From NCBI GenBank assembly GCA_963668695.2, contig CAXXLQ010000004.1, forward strand, positions 1,376,001-1,440,000: a stretch of DNA of 64,000 nt, given 5' to 3'. Of the stretch, positions 29,382 to 39,170 are shown piece by piece. The position numbers and the translations under genes were made by a program. This DNA is from Vicinamibacteria bacterium. GTDB taxonomy: Bacteria; Acidobacteriota; Vicinamibacteria; Marinacidobacterales; Marinacidobacteraceae. The notes beneath the pieces are model-generated. The model searched no databases. It was given only the letters and a program-made list of their open reading frames with translations, and was not told the DNA's origin. Numbering within the stretch: position 1 is the first letter of the stretch; each line of letters starts with the position of its first letter.

Positions 29382-29450
29382 CAGGATCTCCTTCTCGAAT
29401 CGAACGGAGCGCTGGCCGCACCGACGTTTTCGGGGAACGGCCAACTTCGG

Positions 29451-29480
29451 AAGATATGCCCGGATGCTCCGACCTGTCAA
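29451..29480 (-). promoter_or_regulatory. Putative sigma70 promoter of M20 copy 2
   Basis: TTGACA-N18-TATCTT. Confidence 0.6.
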
Positions 29481-29925
29481 AGGGCGAGGAGCGCCGCTCT
29501 TCGTCGAGCGGTTCGGAAACGGGGCGCTCCCAGGGCAACATCCGAAATCCGAGGTCACTCGGCGAAAGAGCCCCGCGTCCGAACCGCCCGGCGCTTCGCG
29601 CCGCGAACCGAAACTCCCTGGCGCGCCTGCGGCGCGCGGCGGCGAGTTCCGGCTCGTTGTTTCTTTTTTGTGAACGGGGGGCAGTGGCCCCCCTTTCACA
29701 CTTTCCCCCCGGTTACGCGGGCAACGAACCGGAGGTTCGCTGCCACTGTTTTCGCTGGCTCAGGGCAGCGCCCGAGGGGCCGGAGCGCCAGGTCGGCGGC
29801 GAACGACAACCGTAACGTCAACCTCACGCCCAGCCTCTCGTCCTGCATCTCCAACTTGCCCCGCATACGCTTCCCCGATCTGCCGCTCCCGCGTTCGTTC
29901 CCGCCTCCCGCAGCTTGTCCGGGCG

Positions 29926-31161
29926 GTGCCCATCCTATGGGGCGCCTGTAGCCCGGCCCCGCCGGCGGCGGAGGAGTCTGTCCAGCCGCCGGCGGAGGAG
30001 TCTGTCCCCCGGACGGCCGATGAGCTCGCCAGCCGCTACGTGCGGCTCGCCTTCGCCCTCCACGAACGCGATCCGCTGTTCCTGGATCTGGTGTTCACGG
30101 ATGGGAGTCCGGAGTCCGCGGGCCTCGAGCTCCCGGAAATCGCCGAAGAGGCCGCGCGCCTTGCCGATAGCGCCCGCGCGATGGCGCGCACCGGGGAAGA
30201 ATTCCGGGTCCTCCGCATCGAAGCGTCGGTGCGCGCGCTGGCCTTCCGCGCCCGGTCGCTGCTCGGGGAACGCCAGCCTGTCGCAGAGGAACTTCGCGTG
30301 GTCTTCGGGCTTTCCTGGGGCGATCCCGAGGCGGATCTCGAGCGTCTTCATTTTCGGGTCGATCGCGCTCTGTCCGGAGTGGCTCCTCTCAAGGTCCGGG
30401 TGCGGCGCCACTACGAGCGCTCCGACGTGCCCGGGGAATCGGCGGAGGTCCGTTTGCGGGAGGCATTCGCCGCCTGTCGCGGACTGGCGCCCACTGAGGC
30501 TGCGGGTGTCGCCCTCGAACCGCTGGGTGTTCGCTGGATGGAACCCGCGGAAGCGCTCAGTCTCCCCACCGGCCCCTCGCCCTTCTATCGATACGCCGGG
30601 GACGGGCGCGGGGCGCTGTGGCTCCCGTTGGGCCTCCCGTTGCGATCTACCGAATTGAACCGTCTCGCCTGTCACGAAGGAGTCCCCGGCCATCATTTGC
30701 AGGCAGTGGTCGCCGATCAGGAATTCCGTGCGACCGGATGGCCGGAACTCGGAATCGTTCCGCTCTACGGTCCCCGGACCGCGGTGTTCGAGGGGCTCGC
30801 GGCAACGCTTGAGGATCTCGCACCCGCCACTCCCGCCGACGAGTCACTCCGCGCTCTGGAGCCTGTCGTGTCGCGCATCCTCGCCGGATACCTGGATGGG
30901 GACCTGAGTCGCCTGGAGGCGTTGCGCGCTCTCGATTTCGAGGCCCTGGTTCCCGACCCTCACGGCCTCCTCGCACACGCCGACCGCTTCGGCGGATACG
31001 CTCTTGTCCGCCCTTCCGTAGATCCCGCGTTCCGCGCCGCCCTGGAGAACCTCATCGATCCACGAATCTCTCCGGACGACCGGCTCTCCAGAATCCTGCG
31101 AGCGATCCGCGAAGCCATGAGTCCGACCGAACTCGTTTGCCTCTTTGCAGCCTGTGGATAA
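29926..31161 (+). CDS. DUF885-like putative zinc metalloprotease lipoprotein (start may lie further upstream)
   Basis: LWGAC lipobox-like; HEGVPGHHLQ and downstream EGLA motif. Stop codon is supplied by MITE M4. Confidence 0.7.
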   Translation: MPILWGACSPAPPAAEESVQPPAEESVPRTADELASRYVRLAFALHERDPLFLDLVFTDGSPESAGLELPEIAEEAARLADSARAMARTGEEFRVLRIEASVRALAFRARSLLGERQPVAEELRVVFGLSWGDPEADLERLHFRVDRALSGVAPLKVRVRRHYERSDVPGESAEVRLREAFAACRGLAPTEAAGVALEPLGVRWMEPAEALSLPTGPSPFYRYAGDGRGALWLPLGLPLRSTELNRLACHEGVPGHHLQAVVADQEFRATGWPELGIVPLYGPRTAVFEGLAATLEDLAPATPADESLRALEPVVSRILAGYLDGDLSRLEALRALDFEALVPDPHGLLAHADRFGGYALVRPSVDPAFRAALENLIDPRISPDDRLSRILRAIREAMSPTELVCLFAACG

Positions 31162-31344
31162 AGTGGCGTGAGCGCCGAGGCTGGCGAGGCGCCCGGCTGA
31201 CAAGGCGCGCGAGGGAGGAATACCTGGTGTATTTCGAGCGAAGCGCAACGATGAGCGCCTCACAGAGGCGCGGTTCAGCCGGGATGCATCGCCAGCCGAG
31301 CCCCCACCGGGAGAACTGGGCCGCGTGACTTTGTCCGCAGGCTG
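31148..31344 (-). mobile_element. MITE copy M4 (179+18 bp)
   Basis: cagcctgtggataaagt...actttgtccgcaggctg; 18-mer (reverse) at 31302-31319. Confidence 0.92.
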
Positions 31345-31386
31345 CTAACGCCTTCTCTTCATAATTGATCACCGATTGAGGTCTTG

Positions 31387-31923
31387 ATGATTCGCCCGTC
31401 GCACCTCCTGGTGTTCGCAACGTTCGTCCTCGTCGGCTGCGGGGCTCCCGAGGCGGAGCCGCCCTCCGAGGAAATGGACGGAATGGATGGGATGGCGGGG
31501 ACGATGATGGCGCACGGCGACCACTCTGCCCGCTACGGGGGCTATGTCTTCATGCACGGCGATCTGCACTTTGAGGTCGTACTCACCGCCGGGGGCGAGC
31601 ATCGGCTGTACTTCTCGGACGCCACGCGGAGTGAACTTCCCGCCGCGGTTGCGGAGGACGTGCGGATGACCATCCGGCGCGTCGGGGACGCGGGAGAAGA
31701 GCTCGAACCCCTTGAGCCCCGGATCGACGAGTTCGGCGAAGCGTGGATGGCGAGCGGTCGTCCCATCGACAGCGAGGACACGGTGGCGATCGTGTACTTC
31801 CGGTTCGAGGGTTTTCCTTACGAAATTGAGGTTCCCTTCATCATGGAACCACCGGCGGTGGATCCCCACACCGGCATGCCGCTTCCCGGTGCGCAGCCCG
31901 AGGCGGAAGAGCCCCGAAGCTAG
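31387..31923 (+). CDS. His/Met-rich hypothetical lipoprotein
   Basis: LVGC lipobox; EMDGMDGMAGTMMAHGDHSARYGGYVFMHGDLHFEVV, DPHTGM. Confidence 0.75.
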   Translation: MIRPSHLLVFATFVLVGCGAPEAEPPSEEMDGMDGMAGTMMAHGDHSARYGGYVFMHGDLHFEVVLTAGGEHRLYFSDATRSELPAAVAEDVRMTIRRVGDAGEELEPLEPRIDEFGEAWMASGRPIDSEDTVAIVYFRFEGFPYEIEVPFIMEPPAVDPHTGMPLPGAQPEAEEPRS

Positions 31924-31985
31924 GAGACGCAGCGTTGGGGCGCCGGCCTCCGGCCGGCATCGCCCGCCGCTATTCGGGCCCGCTG

Positions 31986-33332
31986 CTATTCGGAGCGAAG
32001 CGCGACGATCGGGTCGAGTTTCGACGCCTGCCGCGCGGGATACCAGCCGAAGAAGACCCCGACTCCCATCGCCAGAATGCCTGCGGCGACGATGGCGGCG
32101 GCCGGAATCAGCGTTCGCCACCCGAACAGTTGTTCGACGACCGCCGACGACAGCCCGCCCAGCGCGACTCCGAAGAGCCCGCCAAGCGCGGCCAGACCCA
32201 CCGCCTCGGCGAGGAATTGCCACATCACGTCGCGACGCCGCGCCCCGACCGCCAGCCGCAGCCCGATCTCCCGGGTGCGCTCGGTAACCGCGAGCAGCAT
32301 GACGTTCATGATCCCGACGCCGCCCACGATGAGGGAGACCCCGGCGAGCGCTCCGAGCAGGAGGGTCATCGTCGAGGTTGCGCGGGTCAGCGTGCCCACC
32401 ATCTCCTCGGAGGTGACCTCGTCCAATTTGGGCATGGAAGCGAGTACGAACGCGGCCGCTGTCGTGTAGAGCCCCTGCGTCAGCGCCGCCGCCGCCTGGG
32501 TGCGCACGACGAAATCATCCGGCAGGCGCGACCCCCGCCGGAACGCGTGCGGAGCGCCTGACAGTGCGGGCGGCGTAGCGCGGGTCAGTTCGTGTCGCTC
32601 GCGGAGCAGGTTGGCCACGTTGCGACCCACCCGGGAGGCGTCGCCGGCCCGTTCGGTGGCGATGGCAACCGCCTGCAGATAGGTGCGCCCGACGATATCG
32701 ACGAGAACGGTGTGAGGGACCATCGCGGCCTCGGCGAGCTTCCGGTCGGAAGATTGGTAGATCCCGACCACCTCAAACTCCCGTTCCCGGATCACCACCG
32801 TCCGGCCCACCCCGGAGCGTCCGGGGAAGAGCTCAGCTTCCACTGGTGAGGAGAGGAGCACGACCGCGCGTCGATCCCGGACGTCGGCGGCGGTGAAGTT
32901 CTCCCCGTCCTGGAACCGCACCTGGTAGATCCGAGGCCCCTCGGCGGAAGCCCCGTGAATCTGGGCGAACGAATCTCCGGTATCGGAAACGAGTCCCGTC
33001 CGCTCCTCCACTACCGGACTCACCATCGCCACATCCGCAATGTTCCGGATCGCTTCCGCGTCTTCCGCAGTCAAGGTGTCGGCCCGGCCGAAACCCGATG
33101 GAATGTTTACCGCGTCACCCCCGCGAATGTAATTGCCGGCCCGCACGATGATGATGTTGGTGCCGGCGGAACGCACATCGTCGGCGACGGCAGCGCGCGC
33201 TCCCGACGCGAGCGCGGCCATGGTGATGACCGAGGCGACGCCGATCACCAGCCCGATCAGAGCGAGCGCGGTCCGCAGCGGATTGGCGGCGAGGGCTGCC
33301 CCGGCGGTCCGAAGAGGGAGAGGCGCTTCCAC
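31986..33332 (-). CDS. MacB/FtsX-type ABC permease, second paralogue
   Basis: NPLRTALALIGLVIGVAS, GGVGIMNVML.AVTERTREIGLRLAVGA, GWYPARQASKLDPI. Confidence 0.92.
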   Translation of the reverse strand: MEAPLPLRTAGAALAANPLRTALALIGLVIGVASVITMAALASGARAAVADDVRSAGTNIIIVRAGNYIRGGDAVNIPSGFGRADTLTAEDAEAIRNIADVAMVSPVVEERTGLVSDTGDSFAQIHGASAEGPRIYQVRFQDGENFTAADVRDRRAVVLLSSPVEAELFPGRSGVGRTVVIREREFEVVGIYQSSDRKLAEAAMVPHTVLVDIVGRTYLQAVAIATERAGDASRVGRNVANLLRERHELTRATPPALSGAPHAFRRGSRLPDDFVVRTQAAAALTQGLYTTAAAFVLASMPKLDEVTSEEMVGTLTRATSTMTLLLGALAGVSLIVGGVGIMNVMLLAVTERTREIGLRLAVGARRRDVMWQFLAEAVGLAALGGLFGVALGGLSSAVVEQLFGWRTLIPAAAIVAAGILAMGVGVFFGWYPARQASKLDPIVALRSE

Positions 33333-33662
33333 GAGATGCGGAGTCTAAGCGTGCTCGGGACCTGGGCCTGTCGCGGTGTGACCATCACCTGAAATCGTGG
33401 TGGTCCATTCGGCGTGCCGACCGTCTTCCTCGAACGGTCCGGATCGTCTAAAGGGACATCTCTCCAGTCCTTTTGGGCCCGCCGCGGTAGTTTCGAGAGT
33501 CTCGTGGGTTGACAGGAGGCTACGAGATTCAAGAGAATTGGCCGTTCGCCTCCAATAAATCGAATCTGGAGGCGGGTTTTCTGAATGCCGCTACCCTCAG
33601 GTGCGAACGTAAGGAACCCACATAGAACGACTTAGACAGAGAAAAGCTTCGATCGGCGCCTC

Positions 33663-33677
33663 TGGTCCGACCGTTGC
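33663..33677 (+). promoter_or_regulatory. Putative sigma54 -24/-12 promoter of receptor 1
   Basis: TGGTCCGACCGTTGC (GG-N10-GC), about 60 nt before ATG 33740. Confidence 0.6.
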
Positions 33678-33739
33678 GCTTCTTAACTGACATCTTTTCC
33701 CTTATCCATGCTTCCGAGCTCCAAGGAGGACCAAGCAGC

Positions 33740-36649
33740 ATGAGGAAACTCATTCTCTTTACGCTGCTGGTGGCGTGGCCGACTTCGGCCCTGTCCCAGC
33801 AGATCTACGGACGCCTTGAGGGCGCCGCGAACGACGCCCAAGGCCTCGTCCTTCCCGGAGCGACGGTCACCCTCGAGTCCACAGAACTCGTTGCGGCCCG
33901 GACGGCCACGACCGACGTGGACGGCTCCTATCGGTTCGCGCAGCTCGTCGCCGGCAGCTACACCATGACCTTCGAATTGGGCGGTTTCCAGACCGTTATC
34001 TTCGAAGAGATCACTGTGGTTGGCGGTTCGACCTTCGAAATCAACTCCACGATGGACATCGCGACGGTCGCCGAGACCGTGACTGTGACCGGTGAATCTC
34101 CGGTCGTGGATGTGAAGTCCACCGGTGTGTCGGCCACCTTCGACACCACCCAGCTCGAGGATGTCCCGTCGGCCACCGACATGTGGGCGGTCCTCCAGCA
34201 GAGTCCGGGCGTGCGGATGCGCGGTTACGATGTGGGCGGTTCCCACAAGAGCCAGCAGTCCGGCTACGAGACCTTCGGTGTCCGCGGCCAGAACCGCATC
34301 ATCAACGACGGGGTGAACTCCACCGAGGGCACCGGCGGCGCCGGCGGGTACTACGACTTCTACGCGATCGGCGAGTTCCAGGTGTCCGCGCAGGGCGCGG
34401 ATGTGGAGATGTCCACGCCGGGCGCCCAGGTGAACGCGGTCTGGAAGAGCGGCGGTAACGATTTCTCCGGGACCGAGCACTTCGCCTACGAGCCGACCGA
34501 CTGGATCGCCGACAACATCACCTCCGACCTCTCGGGTCGCGGCGGCACGTCCGCCCCGGTGGTCGAGTTCTACGAGGCCCACATTGACGTCGGGGGACCC
34601 ATCGTCCGCGACAAGGCCTGGTTCTACGCCTCCTATAACCGGTTCGTCATTGACCGGGTGATTTCCGGCGTGGACCGCAACGAAGCGACCGATCTCGGCG
34701 ACTTCGACATGTTCACGGTAAAGATGAACTACCAGATGACCGAACGGGATCAGTTCATCACCATGCACCACTGGTCACTCAAACAGAAGCCTTTTCGGGG
34801 ACTCTCCTCGAACGTTCCGGCGGGATCCATCCTCGCGCAGGATTCGTGGAGTTGGCTCCACAAGTTCGAGTGGCAGCGGGTCTGGAGTGATCGCCTCTAC
34901 AGCAACATCCAGGTGAACCACTTCGGATTCGGCTGGCCGATGACCCCGAACTCGGATCCGGCGACGGCCCCGCCCCGCGTCGATGTCGGAACCGGGAACC
35001 GGGCCGGGGCTGGTTGGCGGCCGTTCACCTTCAACCGGTGGAAGCCGCATACCACCGGCCAGTTCAACTACTACCTGCCGACCGAGTCCGGGAGCCACGA
35101 CCTCAAGTTCGGCTGGGATTGGCAGATTGATGAAGAGCAGTTCGGCTGGAACGCCAACTCGGGCGCCGTGCGCTATCTCGACAACAGCTCCCAGGATCCG
35201 GCTCGTCCGCACAATGTGGATGAGATCCACTTCGCGGGCGTTCCGAACTTCAACTACGACCGAAACACCCACCTTGATCTCTATGTTCAGGATGTGTGGA
35301 CCCTCAGCGACCGGTTGACGGTCAACATCGGCCTGCGCATCGGAAGTCAGGCCCACGGCTACCTCGGGTCCAACAACGTCCCCGGCGGTCCTTGTGACGC
35401 TGCGCTCGGTTGCATCCACGAGATCGCCGACATCGACGCAAATGTCGCTGGCGCGTTGCCGCTTCTGTTCGGATCAGGCGCGGAGATTCCCGCCGGCGAT
35501 GTGACTAGCTGGTGGAACTTCGCCCCACGCGTCGGATTCACCTACGATCTTACCGGCGAGGGCCGCTCGGTCCTGAAGGGCTACTACGGCCGCTACTACC
35601 ACAACATGAACAGCGCGCTGGATAGCGCAAACCCCGGGGGCAACAAGAGTGTGAACTATGCGTTCCTTGATCAGAACCAGAACGGTCTCTTCGACGGTGT
35701 TTCGGAACTGGGCGAGCGCCTGGGCGGTAGCACTGGCGCTGGGCTCGGCGTAGAGCGGGGGACGCCCGTCGGCGATCCTGTGGACCCCAATCTGTGGATT
35801 CCTTATGTCGACGAAATCAGCGTCTCGGGTGAGCACCAGATCGGCAACGACCTCGGCCTGCGGGTTTCGCTGGTTCACAAGCGGCAGACCGGCGGCTGGG
35901 GCCAGGCCCTCAACATCGCCCGGATCGGAACGCTTTCGAACGTGCAGCAGATTCCGTGTCCGGCGGCCTGCGAATCGGCCGGATTTGGTGGCACCACGAT
36001 TACCGTCAACGGCTTGCCAGACGGCGCGTCGACGAGCGAGAACCTCTCCACGAACTGGCCGAACGAGGACTCCGCATTCAACTGGACGACGGTCTCCCTG
36101 GGCGTCAACCGCCGGTTCCGCAACAACTTCTTCTGGAACGCCTACTTCGACTACCAGTGGCGACATGAAGGCCGGCGGCCACGCAGCGTAAGTACAAGCC
36201 CGCTAACCACGGATCCGATCGGTGTCGGTCCGGACTACAAGTACGGTGCGATCCCGCTCATTCAGGATGTGACGAACTGGCAGTTCAAGGCGGCCGGGCG
36301 GTATGTCATGGGGTACGACATCGGCACGGCAGCGACACTCCGCTTCGTCAGCGGTTTCCCATGGGCTCCTCGGCTTCCGGTCGCCGTTCCGAATGTCGGA
36401 ACACAGATGATCTTCCTCGACAACATGAACAACCGGCGCTCGGACACCGTAACGATCCTCGACTTCCGCGTGGACAAGGAAGTGGCCCTCGGCAACAGTG
36501 CGAACATCCAGTTCATCTTCGACCTCTACAACGCCCTGAACAATGCGTCGGAGACAAACTTCACAATGGTCGCCGGAAGCAACTTCCGCAACACCATCGA
36601 GTGGATCCAGGGCCGCACCATCGGTCTTAGCGCCCGCCTGTCCTTCTAG
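33740..36649 (+). CDS. Oar-like TonB-dependent outer-membrane receptor with N-terminal carboxypeptidase-regulatory-like domain (TBDR1)
   Basis: AAGGAGG RBS; signal peptide; G.VLPGATVT, AETVTVTGESPVVD, GGPIVRDKAWFY, APRVGFTYDLTG, C-terminal ..RLSF. Confidence 0.9.
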   Translation: MRKLILFTLLVAWPTSALSQQIYGRLEGAANDAQGLVLPGATVTLESTELVAARTATTDVDGSYRFAQLVAGSYTMTFELGGFQTVIFEEITVVGGSTFEINSTMDIATVAETVTVTGESPVVDVKSTGVSATFDTTQLEDVPSATDMWAVLQQSPGVRMRGYDVGGSHKSQQSGYETFGVRGQNRIINDGVNSTEGTGGAGGYYDFYAIGEFQVSAQGADVEMSTPGAQVNAVWKSGGNDFSGTEHFAYEPTDWIADNITSDLSGRGGTSAPVVEFYEAHIDVGGPIVRDKAWFYASYNRFVIDRVISGVDRNEATDLGDFDMFTVKMNYQMTERDQFITMHHWSLKQKPFRGLSSNVPAGSILAQDSWSWLHKFEWQRVWSDRLYSNIQVNHFGFGWPMTPNSDPATAPPRVDVGTGNRAGAGWRPFTFNRWKPHTTGQFNYYLPTESGSHDLKFGWDWQIDEEQFGWNANSGAVRYLDNSSQDPARPHNVDEIHFAGVPNFNYDRNTHLDLYVQDVWTLSDRLTVNIGLRIGSQAHGYLGSNNVPGGPCDAALGCIHEIADIDANVAGALPLLFGSGAEIPAGDVTSWWNFAPRVGFTYDLTGEGRSVLKGYYGRYYHNMNSALDSANPGGNKSVNYAFLDQNQNGLFDGVSELGERLGGSTGAGLGVERGTPVGDPVDPNLWIPYVDEISVSGEHQIGNDLGLRVSLVHKRQTGGWGQALNIARIGTLSNVQQIPCPAACESAGFGGTTITVNGLPDGASTSENLSTNWPNEDSAFNWTTVSLGVNRRFRNNFFWNAYFDYQWRHEGRRPRSVSTSPLTTDPIGVGPDYKYGAIPLIQDVTNWQFKAAGRYVMGYDIGTAATLRFVSGFPWAPRLPVAVPNVGTQMIFLDNMNNRRSDTVTILDFRVDKEVALGNSANIQFIFDLYNALNNASETNFTMVAGSNFRNTIEWIQGRTIGLSARLSF

Positions 36650-36673
36650 GATCTCCTAGCTAAAGCACCTTCG

Positions 36674-36711
36674 AGGCCCGCCGCCCTTCGGGGCGGCGGG
36701 CCTTTCGCTTT
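36674..36711 (+). terminator. Rho-independent terminator after TBDR1
   Basis: aggcccgccgccc-ttcg-gggcggcgggcct followed by ttcgcttt. Confidence 0.85.
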
Positions 36712-36867
36712 GGTGGCGGGTGTAGGAGCCGGGCACACACGAGAGGACCGGCCGCTTGTGGTCCGGCTCGGAGGCCACTCCTCGACGCACCTGAAGTCGG
36801 CAAGGGTCCAACCCGCCTGAGTCCGGACCATCCCAACCGGTTAAACTCACCGGTAGGAGTCAGTGAA

Positions 36868-37083
36868 ATGCGAACCATGTCCGTAACCGAACTGCGGTCC
36901 GACTGGGGACGGGTTTCGCGCGAGGTGGAGTTTGGCGCCGTCGTGCGGATCACTCGTCGGGGGCGCCCCATCGCCCGATTGTCATCGGCGACGGCGGTAA
37001 ACGACGAGGAAGCCGGCGAGCGTGGTCGATCGGTCTCGGCTCCTTCCGACTCCGGTTCGAAGCGCCGAGCGGGCGAGAAGTGA
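36868..37083 (+). CDS. Phd/YefM-like antitoxin (short, possibly degenerate)
   Basis: MSVTELRSDWGRVSREVEFGAVVRITRRGRPIARL; AGGAG RBS. Confidence 0.75.
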   Translation: MRTMSVTELRSDWGRVSREVEFGAVVRITRRGRPIARLSSATAVNDEEAGERGRSVSAPSDSGSKRRAGEK

Positions 37084-37331
37084 CACGTCAGATCGGGTCC
37101 ACTGAATTCCAGGCCCGAATCGCCGAGGTGTTGCGCTGGGTCGAAGCCGGCGAGACAGTTCTCATCACCAGACACGGCCGCGTCGCGTTACGCCTCGTCC
37201 CGGAAGAGGACGCCGAGCACGAAGTCCGCTCGCGAGCGATGGACCGATTCGAACAATACCTGTCCCGGAAGAAACGAATTCGCATGACCCTGCCTGAAAT
37301 GCTCGCCGCTCGGCGCGAGGGCCTCTCGTGA
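37080..37331 (+). CDS. Phd/YefM family antitoxin
   Basis: IGSTEFQARIAEVLRWVEAGETVLITRHGR; GTGA overlaps on both sides. Confidence 0.88.
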   Translation: MTRQIGSTEFQARIAEVLRWVEAGETVLITRHGRVALRLVPEEDAEHEVRSRAMDRFEQYLSRKKRIRMTLPEMLAARREGLS

Positions 37332-37744
37332 GGCCGCTGGTGCTCGATGCTTCGATCGTTTGCGCCTGGTTCCTGGAAGACGAGGTGGGGGTGGCCGGAG
37401 TGCGCGAACGTCTCCGGCGCGAGAGCGGGATCGTGCCGCCTATCTTCCACCTGGAAGTTCGGAACGCTCTGTTGGTGGCGCACCGGCGCGGACGCATCGA
37501 CCGCCAGGATTTGAGGGATCACATCGGGTCGGTTGCCGCACTGCCCCTGCTGACCGACGACGGCCTCGATCTCGGGGGCGTGCTGGAACTGGCGCTGCAG
37601 CGCCAGCTGAGTCTCTACGACGCCGTATATCTGGAACTGGCGAAACGCCGCGCAGCAACGCTCGCCACGCTCGACCGAGCGTTGCTCCGCGCCGCCGCAG
37701 AAGAGCAGATCGCGGTGGTTGAAGTCCCGTCAGCTCTCGCGTGA
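37328..37744 (+). CDS. vapC: VapC-like PIN toxin
   Basis: LVLDASIV, EVRNAL, LSLYDAVYLELA, LATLD. Confidence 0.9.
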   Translation: MRPLVLDASIVCAWFLEDEVGVAGVRERLRRESGIVPPIFHLEVRNALLVAHRRGRIDRQDLRDHIGSVAALPLLTDDGLDLGGVLELALQRQLSLYDAVYLELAKRRAATLATLDRALLRAAAEEQIAVVEVPSALA

Positions 37745-37754
37745 GCGGACTCTC

Positions 37755-37978
37755 ATGGGCTCGGAAACGCGTGTCTCTCGATGGGGCGGGATCCTTGCAG
37801 TCCGGATTCCAAGGCAGATTGCCCAAAAAATAGGGATGTTCGCGGAGGCGCCGTGGTCGAGCTGGAGATCCGCAACGACGAGGTGATTCTCCGGAAGCGG
37901 CGCCACGAGCTTAAGGAACTCGTGGCCGGCATCACCGCGGAGCGGAATGGGGACTCTCCTGGGGGCGCTCGTACTTGG
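37755..37978 (+). pseudogene. AbrB/MazE-type antitoxin, frameshifted and IS-interrupted
   Basis: Frame 1 gives MGSETRVSRWGGILAVRIPRQIAQK. After an A6 run the match continues in the -1 frame as ...VELEIRNDEVILRKRRHELKELVAGIT. The original TGA now lies beyond the IS (40719-40721). Confidence 0.75.
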
Positions 37979-38143
37979 TGTCAATGGGCTTCGAAAAGTG
38001 GACAGAAATGGGATTTGAAAACTTGACACTTTTGGGATTTGGGGCGGGCTTTCCCGAGGGGTTCTGAAACGACCCGCGAGCGCGTTTGGCGCGGAGGGAG
38101 CGACCGGAGCGAGCGGAGTTCCGCGCCAAACGCGCTCGGCGCC

Positions 38144-39170
38144 TCACGGGGTGACCTCCTCGTCCTCACCGGATCGTGGGGCGGGGTTCTTTCTCGCCGG
38201 GGCCTGATGCAGTGCCCGCGCCAGGTCGCCGCGCTGCCGCATCCGGTAACTGTTCCCCCGGATGTTCACGATGTGGCAGTGGTGGAGCAGCCGATCCAGC
38301 AGCGCCGCCGCCATCACCTCGTCCCCGAGGATCGTCCCCCACTCCTCGAACCCCTTGTTCGAAGTCAGCACCGTGGACGCCCGCTCGTAACAGCCTGTGG
38401 TGAAACCCACGTGAGCGCCGAGACCGGTGAGGCCCAGTTCTCCCGGTGGGGGTCCGGCTGACAAGGCGCGTGAGGGAGGAATACCAGGTGTATTTCGACC
38501 GAAACGCAACGATGAGCGGCGCGAAGCGACGCGGTTCAGCCGGGAGGGATCGCCGGTCGAACGCCGTGTGGGTTTTGCCACAGGCTGTTAACCGCTCGTT
38601 GATGAGCTGGAAGAACAACGTCGCCCCGTTCCGGGTCACCGGCAGGTAGCCGATCTCGTCCACCACCAGCAGCGCGGGGTGGGTGAGGACCCGCAGCCGG
38701 CGCCGCAACTGCCCCTTCGTCTCCGCCTCCTGGAGGGACCCGACCAGATCCCTCAGGGACCCGTAGTACACCCGCCGGCCCCTCTCCGCCGCCCGGATCG
38801 CCAGGCTGATCGCCAGGTGGGTCTTCCCCACCCCCGGAGGACCAAGGAACACCACGTTCTCCTTTCGCCGGAGGAAGTCCAGCTCGTGGAGCGAGTCGAT
38901 CTGCTCCCGGCGCAGGGAGGGCTGGAACGTGAAGTCGAAGTCCGCCAGCCTCTTCACCGCCGGAAGCCGGCTCGAACGCATCGCCGCCTCCAGACGACGG
39001 TTGTTCCGCAGCGCGATCTGTGCTCCCAGCAACTGCTCGATCGCTTCACTCCCACTGAGCGAACCGCTGGCTACCCTCCGGATCACCTCGTCCAGCGCTT
39101 CCAGAGCCCCCGGCATCTTCAGGTCCACCAACTGGCCGCTGATGCGTTCGTGGCGCGATACCGACGTCAT
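38144..39170 (-). pseudogene. istB: IstB helper ATPase interrupted by MITE M5
   Basis: GPPGVGKTHLA, LLVVDEIGYLP, FFQLINER | MITE | YERASTVLTSN..W..ALLDRLLHH..GNSYR. Confidence 0.93.
38391..38587 (-). mobile_element. MITE copy M5 (179+18 bp) inserted in istB
   Basis: cagcctgtgg...ccacaggctg splits the conserved INER/YER; 18-mer at 38434-38451. Confidence 0.95.

Noticed and set aside
37820-37840. Programmed -1 frameshift in the mazE-like gene
   Set aside because: The A6 run is not an in-frame X XXY YYZ heptamer; a homopolymer indel (decay or sequencing error) is simpler, and the gene is also IS-hit and lacks a toxin.
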